64,000 nt of DNA, taken from the sequence record OQ427096.1. One strand, 5' to 3'. Each line of letters starts with the position of its first letter. Within the stretch, counting starts at the first letter, position 1. Both the position numbers and the translations under genes were made by a program. The notes beneath the pieces were generated by a model, which made no database searches, was not told where the DNA came from, and saw only the letters and a program-made list of their open reading frames with translations. Shown in pieces: positions 42,354 to 51,188 of the stretch.

Positions 42354-42562
42354 GATTCGATATCACCACTCGCCAGCCCTACAGCTACCGAACCCGAAAG
42401 GTAGGTTTCTTCTGGGATACCTACGACATCGTCTACGATGAAACCGTGATCCGCGAAGTGAAAGACGAGAGTCTTGCGCGAGAAGTAGTCGTGCTTCTCA
42501 ACTGCGCCTATCGCGAGGGTCACATCCAAGCTCAGATGGAGGCGATGGTCGATGCATATTGA
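42350..42562 (+). CDS. Hypothetical protein
   Basis: Coupled ORF. Confidence 0.65.
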   Translation: MRFDITTRQPYSYRTRKVGFFWDTYDIVYDETVIREVKDESLAREVVVLLNCAYREGHIQAQMEAMVDAY

Positions 42563-42723
42563 TCTTGACAAGCCGATGACTGAGCTCACCGTACGAGAAT
42601 ACGCCTGGCTGTTAGCATGGCAGGCTAAGCAAGTGACGGGAATGCCTACAGGTGAAAGGGTGCGGTGGATGGCAGATGTGGCCATCGCAGACCTGGAAGA
42701 TTCTATCGAAAAGAGATGAAATA

Positions 42724-42909
42724 ATGGACACGACCTTCTATCAAGAAGCTATCGACGCACTTGGCAACACCGAGCCGGAAGGCTTCGATGGTTGCTCAGG
42801 CGTTGGTTTCATCGACGGTTGTAAGCGGATGGGCTGCCACAACGAAGCTGACGAGGCCAAGTTGGTTGCCTTCCGAAAGGCAGCAATCGAGCAAAAATTC
42901 GTAGGCTGA
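42724..42909 (+). CDS. Hypothetical protein
   Basis: Short ORF. Confidence 0.6.
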   Translation: MDTTFYQEAIDALGNTEPEGFDGCSGVGFIDGCKRMGCHNEADEAKLVAFRKAAIEQKFVG

Positions 42910-42964
42910 GAAAGCCAAACACCGCTGTATAATGCTTCGACACACTTTGAAAAGGTAATTGATC

Positions 42965-43375
42965 ATGACCTACGCCGCACAAGCTGCTACCGAACTGCTG
43001 GACGCTCTGCATCACGCCCACCTGCTGGAAACTCGTCAGCGAGTTTACGAATCGATTGCGGATCTGCGCTATGCAGCACGCCACGAAGTCGAAGTGATGC
43101 TGCCGACTCTGAAGGCTGAGATCAAGCGCATCGGCAAGGCGCTGGAAGATGCTCGCGAGCGCGGTCTGAACCATGGCGACGTGATCTACGATGAGCTGGT
43201 TCGTACCATCCGTGAAGTGAACCACGCTCGTGCTCACAACCGTCAGCGCATCAAGGACCTGGCACTGGATCAGGCAATCAACAAGGCTGCTCTGGCAGAA
43301 CTCAATCGTGAGATTTCCTACTTCGAGGCTGAGGGTCTCGAACTGGAAGTCGAGCAGATCATCAACTACCACTGA
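42965..43375 (+). CDS. Coiled-coil hypothetical protein
   Basis: TGTATAAT at 42926-42933 upstream; strong codon bias. Confidence 0.78.
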   Translation: MTYAAQAATELLDALHHAHLLETRQRVYESIADLRYAARHEVEVMLPTLKAEIKRIGKALEDARERGLNHGDVIYDELVRTIREVNHARAHNRQRIKDLALDQAINKAALAELNREISYFEAEGLELEVEQIINYH

Positions 43376-43385
43376 GGAACAAGAC

Positions 43386-43565
43386 ATGTTCGGATCTCTT
43401 CTCAAGGCAGCCGTAGGCGTTGCCGTTTCACCCATCAAGGTAGCAGCAGACGTCGTCACCCTGGGTGGCGCGATCACCGACCGTCGTGAGCCGTACACCG
43501 TCACTGCTGTTCGTGAAGTCATGGAGAACCTGGAAAACGCTACCAAGCCGGATCCGCTGCGGTGA
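43386..43565 (+). CDS. Conserved small phage protein
   Basis: MFGSLLKAAVGVAVSP..AADVVTLGG. Confidence 0.75.
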   Translation: MFGSLLKAAVGVAVSPIKVAADVVTLGGAITDRREPYTVTAVREVMENLENATKPDPLR

Positions 43566-43924
43566 CCGCCTCTATCTGGGCTAGCAAGCCGCATCGCGAA
43601 GACCTCTACGCTGACTGTCTCGACCACTGGGGTGCACCTGCCCAGACCGATATGCTCGTCGAGGAACTTGCTGAGCTAATCGTCGCGGTACAGAAGTACA
43701 CCAAGCGGAAGGCCACCTACGACAACTTCGATCACATGGCTGAGGAAATGGCTGATGTGATTTTGATGATCGAAGAGATGGCATTCCATTTCAATCAGGA
43801 AGGTCACGCAGAAGCGAACAAGCCGTTTACCGAAATGGTCGCGGGTTGGATGGCTTTCAAGTGCAACCGAACTGAGCAGCGTCTGGCAGAATCCATCGCA
43901 CGTCGGTATCCGGAAATCGAATGA
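43562..43924 (+). CDS. MazG-like NTP pyrophosphohydrolase
   Basis: EELAEL..EEMADV. Confidence 0.82.
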   Translation: MTASIWASKPHREDLYADCLDHWGAPAQTDMLVEELAELIVAVQKYTKRKATYDNFDHMAEEMADVILMIEEMAFHFNQEGHAEANKPFTEMVAGWMAFKCNRTEQRLAESIARRYPEIE

Positions 43925-44115
43925 ACGCACTCATGGTGACATATTTCGTCGAGAACGGTATGGGCTACCTCTTTGAGCAGCCCTCCGAGATCGCTCGTCC
44001 TTTGGCTTGCTCAATGACAGGCAAGCCGATGGCATGGCCTTTCAGGGTGGACAAGAGCTTTGTCCGAGAAGACGGATATGTCCCTGTGCTTCTGCAAGAG
44101 GCAGCAAACGCATGA
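43921..44115 (+). CDS. Hypothetical protein
   Basis: Coupled ORF. Confidence 0.55.
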   Translation: MNALMVTYFVENGMGYLFEQPSEIARPLACSMTGKPMAWPFRVDKSFVREDGYVPVLLQEAANA

Positions 44116-44654
44116 TCAATCGATATAAGCTCGACGTCCTGTTGACGGATGAAGAGGAAGACAAGCTCTGGGAAATGAAGAAGAACAACGACCCGCTGTA
44201 TGGTCGTCGTATCAGCGAATATTTCCATGTGGTTGAACACAATCGCGGAATGCAGTTTGCCATTGATCGTCTCAACGAAGCCTACGCCAACGACTTTGTT
44301 GATGAGTTTGGCATTGACTTCCTGGATGGCAGCGAGTACGCGTTCGTCACCGACAACCATGACCTGGCATCGGAACTGATTCGCATCCTCGAGCTGGACT
44401 TCATCTACGACTTCAAGGCTGACGTCTTCATCTTTGATATCTGGGCTTGCCACGAAGCATGGCTGTCCTATCTGTACGAGCGATTCAAGGGTCGTGTTCG
44501 CGGAAACATGCGAGCGGGTGATGTGGCAGAACGGTATGTACGAGAAGGCTATGGCATCTATCAATCGAGCCAGTCTTATCGTATCATGATCGGCGAGAAT
44601 GTTGCTATTCCGTCGTTCCTGAGCCAATTCAAGAGCCGCTTCCTGAGAATCTAA
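44112..44654 (+). CDS. Acidic hypothetical protein
   Basis: Coupled ORF. Confidence 0.75.
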   Translation: MINRYKLDVLLTDEEEDKLWEMKKNNDPLYGRRISEYFHVVEHNRGMQFAIDRLNEAYANDFVDEFGIDFLDGSEYAFVTDNHDLASELIRILELDFIYDFKADVFIFDIWACHEAWLSYLYERFKGRVRGNMRAGDVAERYVREGYGIYQSSQSYRIMIGENVAIPSFLSQFKSRFLRI

Positions 44655-44655
44655 A

Positions 44656-44946
44656 ATGAACCTTATCCACTGGGCTGACCAACACCTCGACTATCGTTGT
44701 TCCTTCATGCCAACGATGCTCAACATCAATGGCGAAACTGAGACTGCTACCATTCGGCTTAAGAGTCGGCAGCTGTGTCAGGGATCGAGAATGGTAACCA
44801 TTGTGCGAGAGTCCGGTGAGGTTATTGAAGTGTACCTGGATGACCTTGAGCCGATGACCGAAAGCCTGTATTATTTTGATACGCCTGACGGTGTGTCGGG
44901 TTCGTTGCTCATTCCATTCCCTCAAGAGACCGATGACGGATGCTAA
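44656..44946 (+). CDS. Hypothetical protein
   Basis: Adjacent ORF. Confidence 0.6.
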   Translation: MNLIHWADQHLDYRCSFMPTMLNINGETETATIRLKSRQLCQGSRMVTIVRESGEVIEVYLDDLEPMTESLYYFDTPDGVSGSLLIPFPQETDDGC

Positions 44947-45263
44947 CTGCAGAAAAAGCAAGGCTAGTTCTCACTGTCCATCTGGCACTTGAAAAGCTGG
45001 ACAAAGAAGTTCGTAAGGCTGCGGTCGAGGGTAAGAATTCTCTGATCGTTTGGGAAGGCCAAGTTACGCATATGGAGCACAGTCTTAAGCCTGTAGCAAC
45101 ACCTTTTCATACTATGATGATCGAAGAACTCGTCAGCCTTGGATATAAGGCTGTCTGGGGACAAGTCTCAGAATATGATAACGCAAAAGGCTTTGGTTCC
45201 TGGGGAGACGATGAGCATACGGCACCTAAGTCAGCAGCGTTTTCAATCAAGATTAGCTGGTAA
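44940..45263 (+). CDS. Hypothetical protein
   Basis: AA..G..L..LGY..I.W small phage domain. Confidence 0.7.
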   Translation: MLTAEKARLVLTVHLALEKLDKEVRKAAVEGKNSLIVWEGQVTHMEHSLKPVATPFHTMMIEELVSLGYKAVWGQVSEYDNAKGFGSWGDDEHTAPKSAAFSIKISW

Positions 45264-45275
45264 CCGGAGAACACT

Positions 45276-46247
45276 TTGACAATTTCTGCAAAAATCATTG
45301 CCGACTCGATCGACCCGAACGGTCGTCGAATCACAACCTACGAACTGGAATACCCACGCTTCATCCATTCGGAGTTCATGACCCATCGTCTGTTCTCTCG
45401 CAATGCTGCATCGAGCCGTGCAATTCCGATCGACAAGGCAATTCGCCTGATCCTGGAAGATACTGCTGCACCGAGCCATTGGGGCAAGAATCAGCCAGGC
45501 ATGTCTGCAAAGGAAGAGCAAGATGAGCCTATCCAGCTGACCAAGGGAACGCGCTATTCGATTAGCCGCCTGGGTGCATGGAATTGGGCACGTGACCGCG
45601 CTGTTGAAGCTGCGACTGCCTTCGCTGATGCCAAGTATCACAAGCAGATCATCAACCGTTTGCTCGAACCGTTCTCTCATATCAAGGTCGTTGTGACCGC
45701 AACTGAGTACGACAATTTCTTCTGGCTGCGAAACCATGCTGATGCTCAGCCCGAGATCAAGATTCTCGCTGAGAAGATGCTCGAGGCTCGCTCAAAATCC
45801 TTCCCGAAGCTGCTGCGCCCAGGAGACTGGCACGTTCCTTACTACAAAGGCGGTCATTGGTTTGCAAGTGGATATGCTCGTGGCAAGGAACTCGAGGAAG
45901 TCGATGACAAGCGCGGCGGAAGCACTCTGAAGGAAGCACTGGCTATCTCTTCGTCTTGCTGTGCTCAGGTGTCGTATCGTGTGCTGGATGACTCGCTTGA
46001 AAAGGCTCAGGACATCTTCCGTCGTCTGATTGATGCAAAGCCGGTTCACGCTTCGCCGTTTGAGCATCAGGCAACCCCGATGAAAACTCTGTACGATGAG
46101 ACTGAAGGTCCTGTCTACAACTGGGATGAAGGCGTAACTCACATTGACCGCTACAACAATGGTTGGTCAGGAAATTTCCGTGGCTGGATTCAGCATCGCC
46201 AGCTGATCGAAGACAACGTCTGTTGGGACTATCATGAGCATCAGTAG
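45276..46247 (+). CDS. thyX: Flavin-dependent thymidylate synthase
   Basis: PRFIHSEFMTHRLFSRNAASSRAIP, HASPFEH. Confidence 0.93.
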   Translation: MTISAKIIADSIDPNGRRITTYELEYPRFIHSEFMTHRLFSRNAASSRAIPIDKAIRLILEDTAAPSHWGKNQPGMSAKEEQDEPIQLTKGTRYSISRLGAWNWARDRAVEAATAFADAKYHKQIINRLLEPFSHIKVVVTATEYDNFFWLRNHADAQPEIKILAEKMLEARSKSFPKLLRPGDWHVPYYKGGHWFASGYARGKELEEVDDKRGGSTLKEALAISSSCCAQVSYRVLDDSLEKAQDIFRRLIDAKPVHASPFEHQATPMKTLYDETEGPVYNWDEGVTHIDRYNNGWSGNFRGWIQHRQLIEDNVCWDYHEHQ

Positions 46248-46515
46248 TGGAACTATCGTCGTAGAAACACCTGAGTCTATCCGTTGGGACCGAACCATCC
46301 GCAATTGGCGTTGGTGGTCGGTCCTTCCGATGGTGGTGCCTGCAGCATTGATCATGTTTGTCCTCTATCCGCTGCACTATGTTCTGTGGCCAATCGGACA
46401 ATGGATCTGTACCCTGTCCAACAAGCTATACTACTTCAAGCCTCCGAAGTGGGTCAAGCGATTAATGGATTGGGCGATGAAGAAATATCCGGAGGAAACA
46501 GATGAAGAGCATTGA
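46234..46515 (+). CDS. Membrane protein
   Basis: Single hydrophobic stretch. Confidence 0.6.
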   Translation: MSISSGTIVVETPESIRWDRTIRNWRWWSVLPMVVPAALIMFVLYPLHYVLWPIGQWICTLSNKLYYFKPPKWVKRLMDWAMKKYPEETDEEH

Positions 46516-46717
46516 AGGCAAGTACACTCTACCTAACGGCGAAGTTCTTGATGTGCATCTGAACATCAGCGTTGGAGTCAACACCTGGGTCGATGGCGCA
46601 TGGTGTGGCTTCAACGAAGTGTCTCCCGAAGACTTCGCATTCTGCATGGAAGAGATGGCGAAGGAAGGAAAGATCATTTTTGAGCCCAAGCATAATGGAA
46701 ATCCAGACAGTAATTGA
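46502..46717 (+). CDS. Hypothetical protein
   Basis: GGAGG RBS. Confidence 0.65.
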   Translation: MKSIEGKYTLPNGEVLDVHLNISVGVNTWVDGAWCGFNEVSPEDFAFCMEEMAKEGKIIFEPKHNGNPDSN

Positions 46718-47036
46718 CGACATGAAAGCCATGGCATCTAAGTGGGATGCCATTGGTGCAGGCTTCCAGGCAATTCCGATTCATACGTGGATCGGAATGC
46801 TTGAGCAGTATCAGAAGGAACAGAATCCGCCTGAACCTATCACTGAGCAAAAGATTGATGATTGGCATCTGCCTATCGTAGGTTCGGACACCTGCCTGAC
46901 TATCAAAGGTCAGAGTCGTTGGTTCCGTTGCACAGCTGACGATTGCGGTGCGAACGTCTTCTCTAAGACGCGCGATCCGAATTACTATGTCTGCAATGGT
47001 TGCAACGCTGGATACGAGACGAGCAAAGGACTATGA
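46695..47036 (+). CDS. Zinc-ribbon hypothetical protein
   Basis: FRC..DCGANVF..YVCNGC. Confidence 0.7.
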   Translation: MEIQTVIDDMKAMASKWDAIGAGFQAIPIHTWIGMLEQYQKEQNPPEPITEQKIDDWHLPIVGSDTCLTIKGQSRWFRCTADDCGANVFSKTRDPNYYVCNGCNAGYETSKGL

Positions 47037-47410
47037 AGAAGATTACTTCGCACAAGGAAGTCAGGTGTAAGACTCCTCAGGAACTGTCTGACCTGATTGC
47101 TAGCCTTGCTGGCTCCGAATGGTCACTAGCAGCATTCCCTTCTACCTTTCTTGATGGCACTGCTCAAGTTTCACTCGTGAAGATCGATCTTGTTGAATAC
47201 AAGTTCACAGACACAGAGATGCTCGACTGGATGGAACGGAACGAGGCGATCTTTAGCAGCACCCACGACAACACCTTCATGGTTTCTATGAGGATGCGCA
47301 AAAGCAAGAAGTATGGTGCTTTGGCGTGTGGTTTAACTGCTCGTGCAGCTTTGGAGAAGGCCATGATCAACATCAAAGGCCATCAACACATTTTCGAGGA
47401 TGAGAGATGA
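47033..47410 (+). CDS. Hypothetical protein
   Basis: Coupled ORF. Confidence 0.65.
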   Translation: MKKITSHKEVRCKTPQELSDLIASLAGSEWSLAAFPSTFLDGTAQVSLVKIDLVEYKFTDTEMLDWMERNEAIFSSTHDNTFMVSMRMRKSKKYGALACGLTARAALEKAMINIKGHQHIFEDER

Positions 47411-47682
47411 CAGTCTATGTCGATAGCATGAGAGCGCAATATGGAAGAATGATCATGTGTCACATGCTAGCCGACACCGATGAAGAGTTGCATGCCATGG
47501 CAGACGCGATTGGCGTGCAACGAAAGTGGCATCAGAAAGCTGGCACCGTCCATAGCCACTACGACATTGCTCTTTCGAAGAGAGCATTGGCGGTCCAGCA
47601 CGGCGCTGTCGAGGTAGATCTTCGTCAGGTTGCCTATATAATACGTGGTAAACGCCAACGCCTAAAAGGTGACACACCATGA
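47407..47682 (+). CDS. DUF4031 family protein
   Basis: VYVD..MCHMLADT.EELHAMA..IG..WHQ..HYDI. Confidence 0.9.
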   Translation: MTVYVDSMRAQYGRMIMCHMLADTDEELHAMADAIGVQRKWHQKAGTVHSHYDIALSKRALAVQHGAVEVDLRQVAYIIRGKRQRLKGDTP

Positions 47683-47951
47683 AGAAGTTTCTGATCGCAC
47701 TGATGCTGGTTCTTTCGTTGGGTGGCTGTGTGAGCCGCGAAGAGTACATCGCAGAACAAGAAAGCAAAACCACGAACGACCAGTGCCTGAGAAATCAGAT
47801 TTTCCAGCAGTGTCTGGCGACCATTCCTCCGGGACCGCAGAAGACTGTCTACAACGACTGGAACGAAGTTGTCTCGGAGTGCTCATCTGTTGCCTACTAT
47901 CAGTCGCTCCGTGTTCGTAGCCAGGTGAAGCCAGAATGTCGAGCACAATGA
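47679..47951 (+). CDS. Putative lipoprotein
   Basis: LGGC lipobox; paired Cys. Confidence 0.75.
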   Translation: MKKFLIALMLVLSLGGCVSREEYIAEQESKTTNDQCLRNQIFQQCLATIPPGPQKTVYNDWNEVVSECSSVAYYQSLRVRSQVKPECRAQ

Positions 47952-48166
47952 GAGACATCCAATCCGAAGGGCGCATCGAGAAGGCAGCACGATACAAGTG
48001 CGAACTTCTCGGTCTTGATCCAGATGAAGCGCTCTGGCTCGAAGATGGTCGGAGCAAGAAGGAAAAGCGTTGGATGCGAGTTGCGCGTGAGATCGAAAAC
48101 TTCCGTCTCAACCTTCAAATTGTATCAATGTTCCTTGGCGACGAAGTGACCGATCCTGTATCATAA
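47948..48166 (+). CDS. Hypothetical protein
   Basis: Coupled ORF. Confidence 0.6.
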   Translation: MRDIQSEGRIEKAARYKCELLGLDPDEALWLEDGRSKKEKRWMRVAREIENFRLNLQIVSMFLGDEVTDPVS

Positions 48167-48196
48167 GTAATGTAGATTCACATCGAGGCATGTTCA

Positions 48197-48703
48197 ATGA
48201 GTAAGCGTTTCGTTTCAACAAAAGAATACAAGGAGCTCGCTCCGGTTGCATATCGCCAGTGGCGCGACCAAGGCAACTGTAATCTGATCCACGGCTACGC
48301 GCTGTCGTTCTATTTCGAGTTCGAGTCGGACAATCTGGACTCTCGTAACTGGGTGGTTGACTACGGCGGTCTGCGTCCGCTGAAGGACTTCCTGGAAGAG
48401 TACTTCGACCACTGCTATCTCCTGGCACAAGATGAGCCGCACTATGATGCGATCAAGAAGCTGGGTGACCTGGGTCTGATGAAGATCACCGAAGTCGAAG
48501 CAACTGGCTGCGAAGCGATTGCAGATTTCCTCTACAAGTACATCAACACTGGCTTCCTTCGCGAGATCGGTGCACCTGCAGACGTTTGGTGTCGTTGTGT
48601 TCAAGTCCGCGAGACGGAAAAGAACATGGCGATGCGACTTGGCCATCAAGAGGACAACGAAGACCTGACCGTCGACCTGTCTAAATATCGCAGAGACGGC
48701 TGA
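48197..48703 (+). CDS. queD: 6-carboxy-5,6,7,8-tetrahydropterin synthase
   Basis: YRQW...CNLIHGY..WVVDYGGL..FDH..TGCE..V.ET..N.A. Confidence 0.88.
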   Translation: MSKRFVSTKEYKELAPVAYRQWRDQGNCNLIHGYALSFYFEFESDNLDSRNWVVDYGGLRPLKDFLEEYFDHCYLLAQDEPHYDAIKKLGDLGLMKITEVEATGCEAIADFLYKYINTGFLREIGAPADVWCRCVQVRETEKNMAMRLGHQEDNEDLTVDLSKYRRDG

Positions 48704-48717
48704 TCACGGTGTAGGCA

Positions 48718-49434
48718 ATGGCATCACAACCCGCGCATCCAGAGCAACGTAAGATCCTTACGAAGTTCTGTGAACAAGAACTTGTACGTCAGCGGGACTA
48801 TCTGATCAAGAAGTATAAGCTGAGAGACTACAATCCTCAGCTTTTCTTCAATTGGAAAAGGAATGCAGTCCACAGTTGGGGCGGATCACTCGAGGATGAT
48901 ATACCATTCCTCATGCTGATGCCTCATGAGATTTGGCAGCACGTCGGCAAGACAGGAAAGTACATCTTCAATGAGTACGAGTTCCTGCATGACAAGCCTG
49001 GCATCGGAATGGGCAGGGCGAACTGGAAGCAGCACATCTCATGGACCATGGCTCACGAATTGGCTCACACCATTTGTGAGATTGAGCGCTTCGCAAAGAA
49101 AGCTAAGAAAGTCTTCCCGGGACAGACTGCAACTGAGCATGATGGTCATGGACCCTTGTGGCAGTCTGTCTACTATGATCTCCGTGTACATCACTGCCGC
49201 GAGGAATTCTATCCTGTTGAGGAGATTGACTTCTCAAACGAGGTCCACTACTCGCATCACAGGGAAAAGGGTGAGCACCGCTTTGTCTTCTACAAGGGGA
49301 ACAAGCCATTCGCATGGTTTGTCCGCACTGAAGGGGTCTTCTGGCAGACCACGTCCCGCTGGCGGAAAGCGGGCAGGGCCAGAAACGGGGCCAGAACCCC
49401 TCGAGAACTGACCAGAAATCTCCAGAATTCGTGA
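48718..49434 (+). CDS. SprT-like zinc metalloprotease
   Basis: HELAH plus downstream HGPLW. Confidence 0.65.
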   Translation: MASQPAHPEQRKILTKFCEQELVRQRDYLIKKYKLRDYNPQLFFNWKRNAVHSWGGSLEDDIPFLMLMPHEIWQHVGKTGKYIFNEYEFLHDKPGIGMGRANWKQHISWTMAHELAHTICEIERFAKKAKKVFPGQTATEHDGHGPLWQSVYYDLRVHHCREEFYPVEEIDFSNEVHYSHHREKGEHRFVFYKGNKPFAWFVRTEGVFWQTTSRWRKAGRARNGARTPRELTRNLQNS

Positions 49435-49440
49435 CTTTTT

Positions 49441-49502
49441 GTCCTGAGAGTTGTAAGTGTCTGATTCGTAAGGTTGTCCTCAGGACAGAAAGAACTTAAT
49501 AT
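49441..49502 (+). promoter_or_regulatory. Promoter with GTAAGTGTCTGATTC motif inside an inverted repeat
   Basis: GTCCTGAG/CTCAGGAC flank the motif at 49453; TTGTCC-N17-TAATAT. Confidence 0.7.
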
Positions 49503-49548
49503 GTGGTTGTGGGACAAACACTCCTCAACAAACACAAAGGACACGAAG

Positions 49549-49995
49549 ATGAGCAAGTTGACCAAGACCCAGAATGAAGCCGTCGCCGGTGCCGTGAAGG
49601 CAGTCACTGGCTTCAAGATGGGAGCGGAGACTTCCGGGGTGCAGCATGTGGAAGCCGGCAACATCACCAGCCGTAGCGGTCGTAAGTGGAAGACCAGCAT
49701 CGCCTTCACCAACGACGGCGGCAAGCTCAAGGCGGACCTGACCTTCTCCGAAGTCGGCGCCAAGACCGAGACCACCTACTCCAGCGAGAACGCTGCCGGA
49801 GAGAAGCTGCGCGAATTCATCAAGTACCGTGGTCGCCGCCTCTGCCTGAAGGGCGCGGACATCCAGCGCATCCTTCGCTTCTTCAACTCCATCGTCCCGA
49901 CCGGCGAAGCCGCGAAGCCGGCGACCAAGAAGACGACCAAGGCTACCAAGCCGAAGGCTACCACCGAAGCTGTCGCCGAAACCGCCGAAGCCTGA
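49549..49995 (+). CDS. Early protein with K/T/A-rich C-terminal tail
   Basis: AAKPATKKTTKATKPK; strong codon bias. Confidence 0.8.
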   Translation: MSKLTKTQNEAVAGAVKAVTGFKMGAETSGVQHVEAGNITSRSGRKWKTSIAFTNDGGKLKADLTFSEVGAKTETTYSSENAAGEKLREFIKYRGRRLCLKGADIQRILRFFNSIVPTGEAAKPATKKTTKATKPKATTEAVAETAEA

Positions 49996-50041
49996 GCCCT
50001 ACGGGGCGGCGCAAGTCGCCCCACCTTTCGGAGAACGAACA

Positions 50042-50257
50042 ATGCCCCGTCGTATCAGTCTACTCCCGCAGCAGGCACTGGATTTCGCTCAGCTCCCGAT
50101 GATCGTCTCAGGCGATGACGAGCTGGTCGAGAAGGCTCTCCTGGTAAAGAAGAGCGATCTACCTGGCGCCTACGCATACGTCACAGTCACCATGGTGACG
50201 CGTGTTGCGGGGAAGACCGAGGACATCCGGGTCTGCGTTCGTAAGGAAGTCGAATAA
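50042..50257 (+). CDS. Hypothetical protein
   Basis: GGAG RBS. Confidence 0.65.
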   Translation: MPRRISLLPQQALDFAQLPMIVSGDDELVEKALLVKKSDLPGAYAYVTVTMVTRVAGKTEDIRVCVRKEVE

Positions 50258-50604
50258 TGAAGATCGTGATCCAAGTCCTCGATGGTGGCTGGCAGGACCA
50301 GTCCGAACACGACACTGTCGAGGACGCAGAGAAGATGATGGACGTGGTACAGGGAGGCGATCCCGATGCCTACGTCCGCATGGTGCAGTTCGTTCCGCGC
50401 TTCTTCGCCGAGTACCAGAAGCCGATCGAATGTTCGGGAGGAACCCGAACCTACACGCACATTCTCTACGTAGCCGAGTACCCTGCGGACAGGAGCATCA
50501 AGTCCTGCAAGGCGCACTTCCGGTCTCAGGTCCGCAAGTTGCCTGAGTTCAATGATCCGACGTTCAAAATCCGTCACGAGTACGTCAACCCTCTGTCGTA
50601 TTGA
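50257..50604 (+). CDS. Hypothetical protein
   Basis: TAATG coupling. Confidence 0.7.
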   Translation: MKIVIQVLDGGWQDQSEHDTVEDAEKMMDVVQGGDPDAYVRMVQFVPRFFAEYQKPIECSGGTRTYTHILYVAEYPADRSIKSCKAHFRSQVRKLPEFNDPTFKIRHEYVNPLSY

Positions 50605-50622
50605 GGTAACCTGGAGATCGTC

Positions 50623-51102
50623 ATGAACATCTTCGTCACGCACCTGAGTCCGGTTCTAGCTGCACGGAACTTGGACAACCTGCGTCTGAACAAGATGGTG
50701 GTCGAAACCGCGCAGTTACTCTGCACCGCGCATCACATGAAACAAGGCAGCCGGGCTAAGGTTCTCTACAAGCCCACGCACAAGAATCACCCCTGCGCCA
50801 TCTGGGTTCGCCAGAGCAACGGCAACTACAATTGGGCTTATCGACACTTCGCCGCTCTGGCTGCAGAATTTGAAAGCCGCAACGGCAAAGTCCACAAGAC
50901 CTGGGCAGATTTGAAGGACGTGCTCGAGAACGCCCCGAAGGGCATCAAGGATGTCGTCCGCACTCCGTTTCCGAACTGCACGCCGCACAAGGACATGGAG
51001 CTGATCGAAGCCTACCGCCTGACCATGACCGAGAAGTGGCAAGCGGATGTCGAAGCTGGTCGTACGCCAAAGTGGGGTGAGAGATTGACACCACCGTTCT
51101 GA
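50623..51102 (+). CDS. Pyrimidine-dimer DNA glycosylase family protein (DenV-like)
   Basis: MNIF..KMVVETAQLL..YKPTHKNHPC.IW..S..NY.W. Confidence 0.88.
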   Translation: MNIFVTHLSPVLAARNLDNLRLNKMVVETAQLLCTAHHMKQGSRAKVLYKPTHKNHPCAIWVRQSNGNYNWAYRHFAALAAEFESRNGKVHKTWADLKDVLENAPKGIKDVVRTPFPNCTPHKDMELIEAYRLTMTEKWQADVEAGRTPKWGERLTPPF

Positions 51103-51128
51103 TCGAACGCCAACTAGAAACTTTCTAA

Positions 51129-51182
51129 AAGCGCCAGAGCGAAAGCCTGGCGCTTGACCTATCTATGGTGCCCGCATATCAT
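51129..51182 (+). promoter_or_regulatory. Terminator hairpin overlapping a sigma70 promoter
   Basis: AAGCGCCAG..GAAA..CTGGCGCTT, then TTGACC-N17-TATCAT. Confidence 0.72.
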
Positions 51183-51188
51183 AACGGC

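Noticed and set aside
11856-51126. Recurrent AACTTTCT near promoters
   Set aside because: Short and at inconsistent distances; not distinguishable from chance by eye
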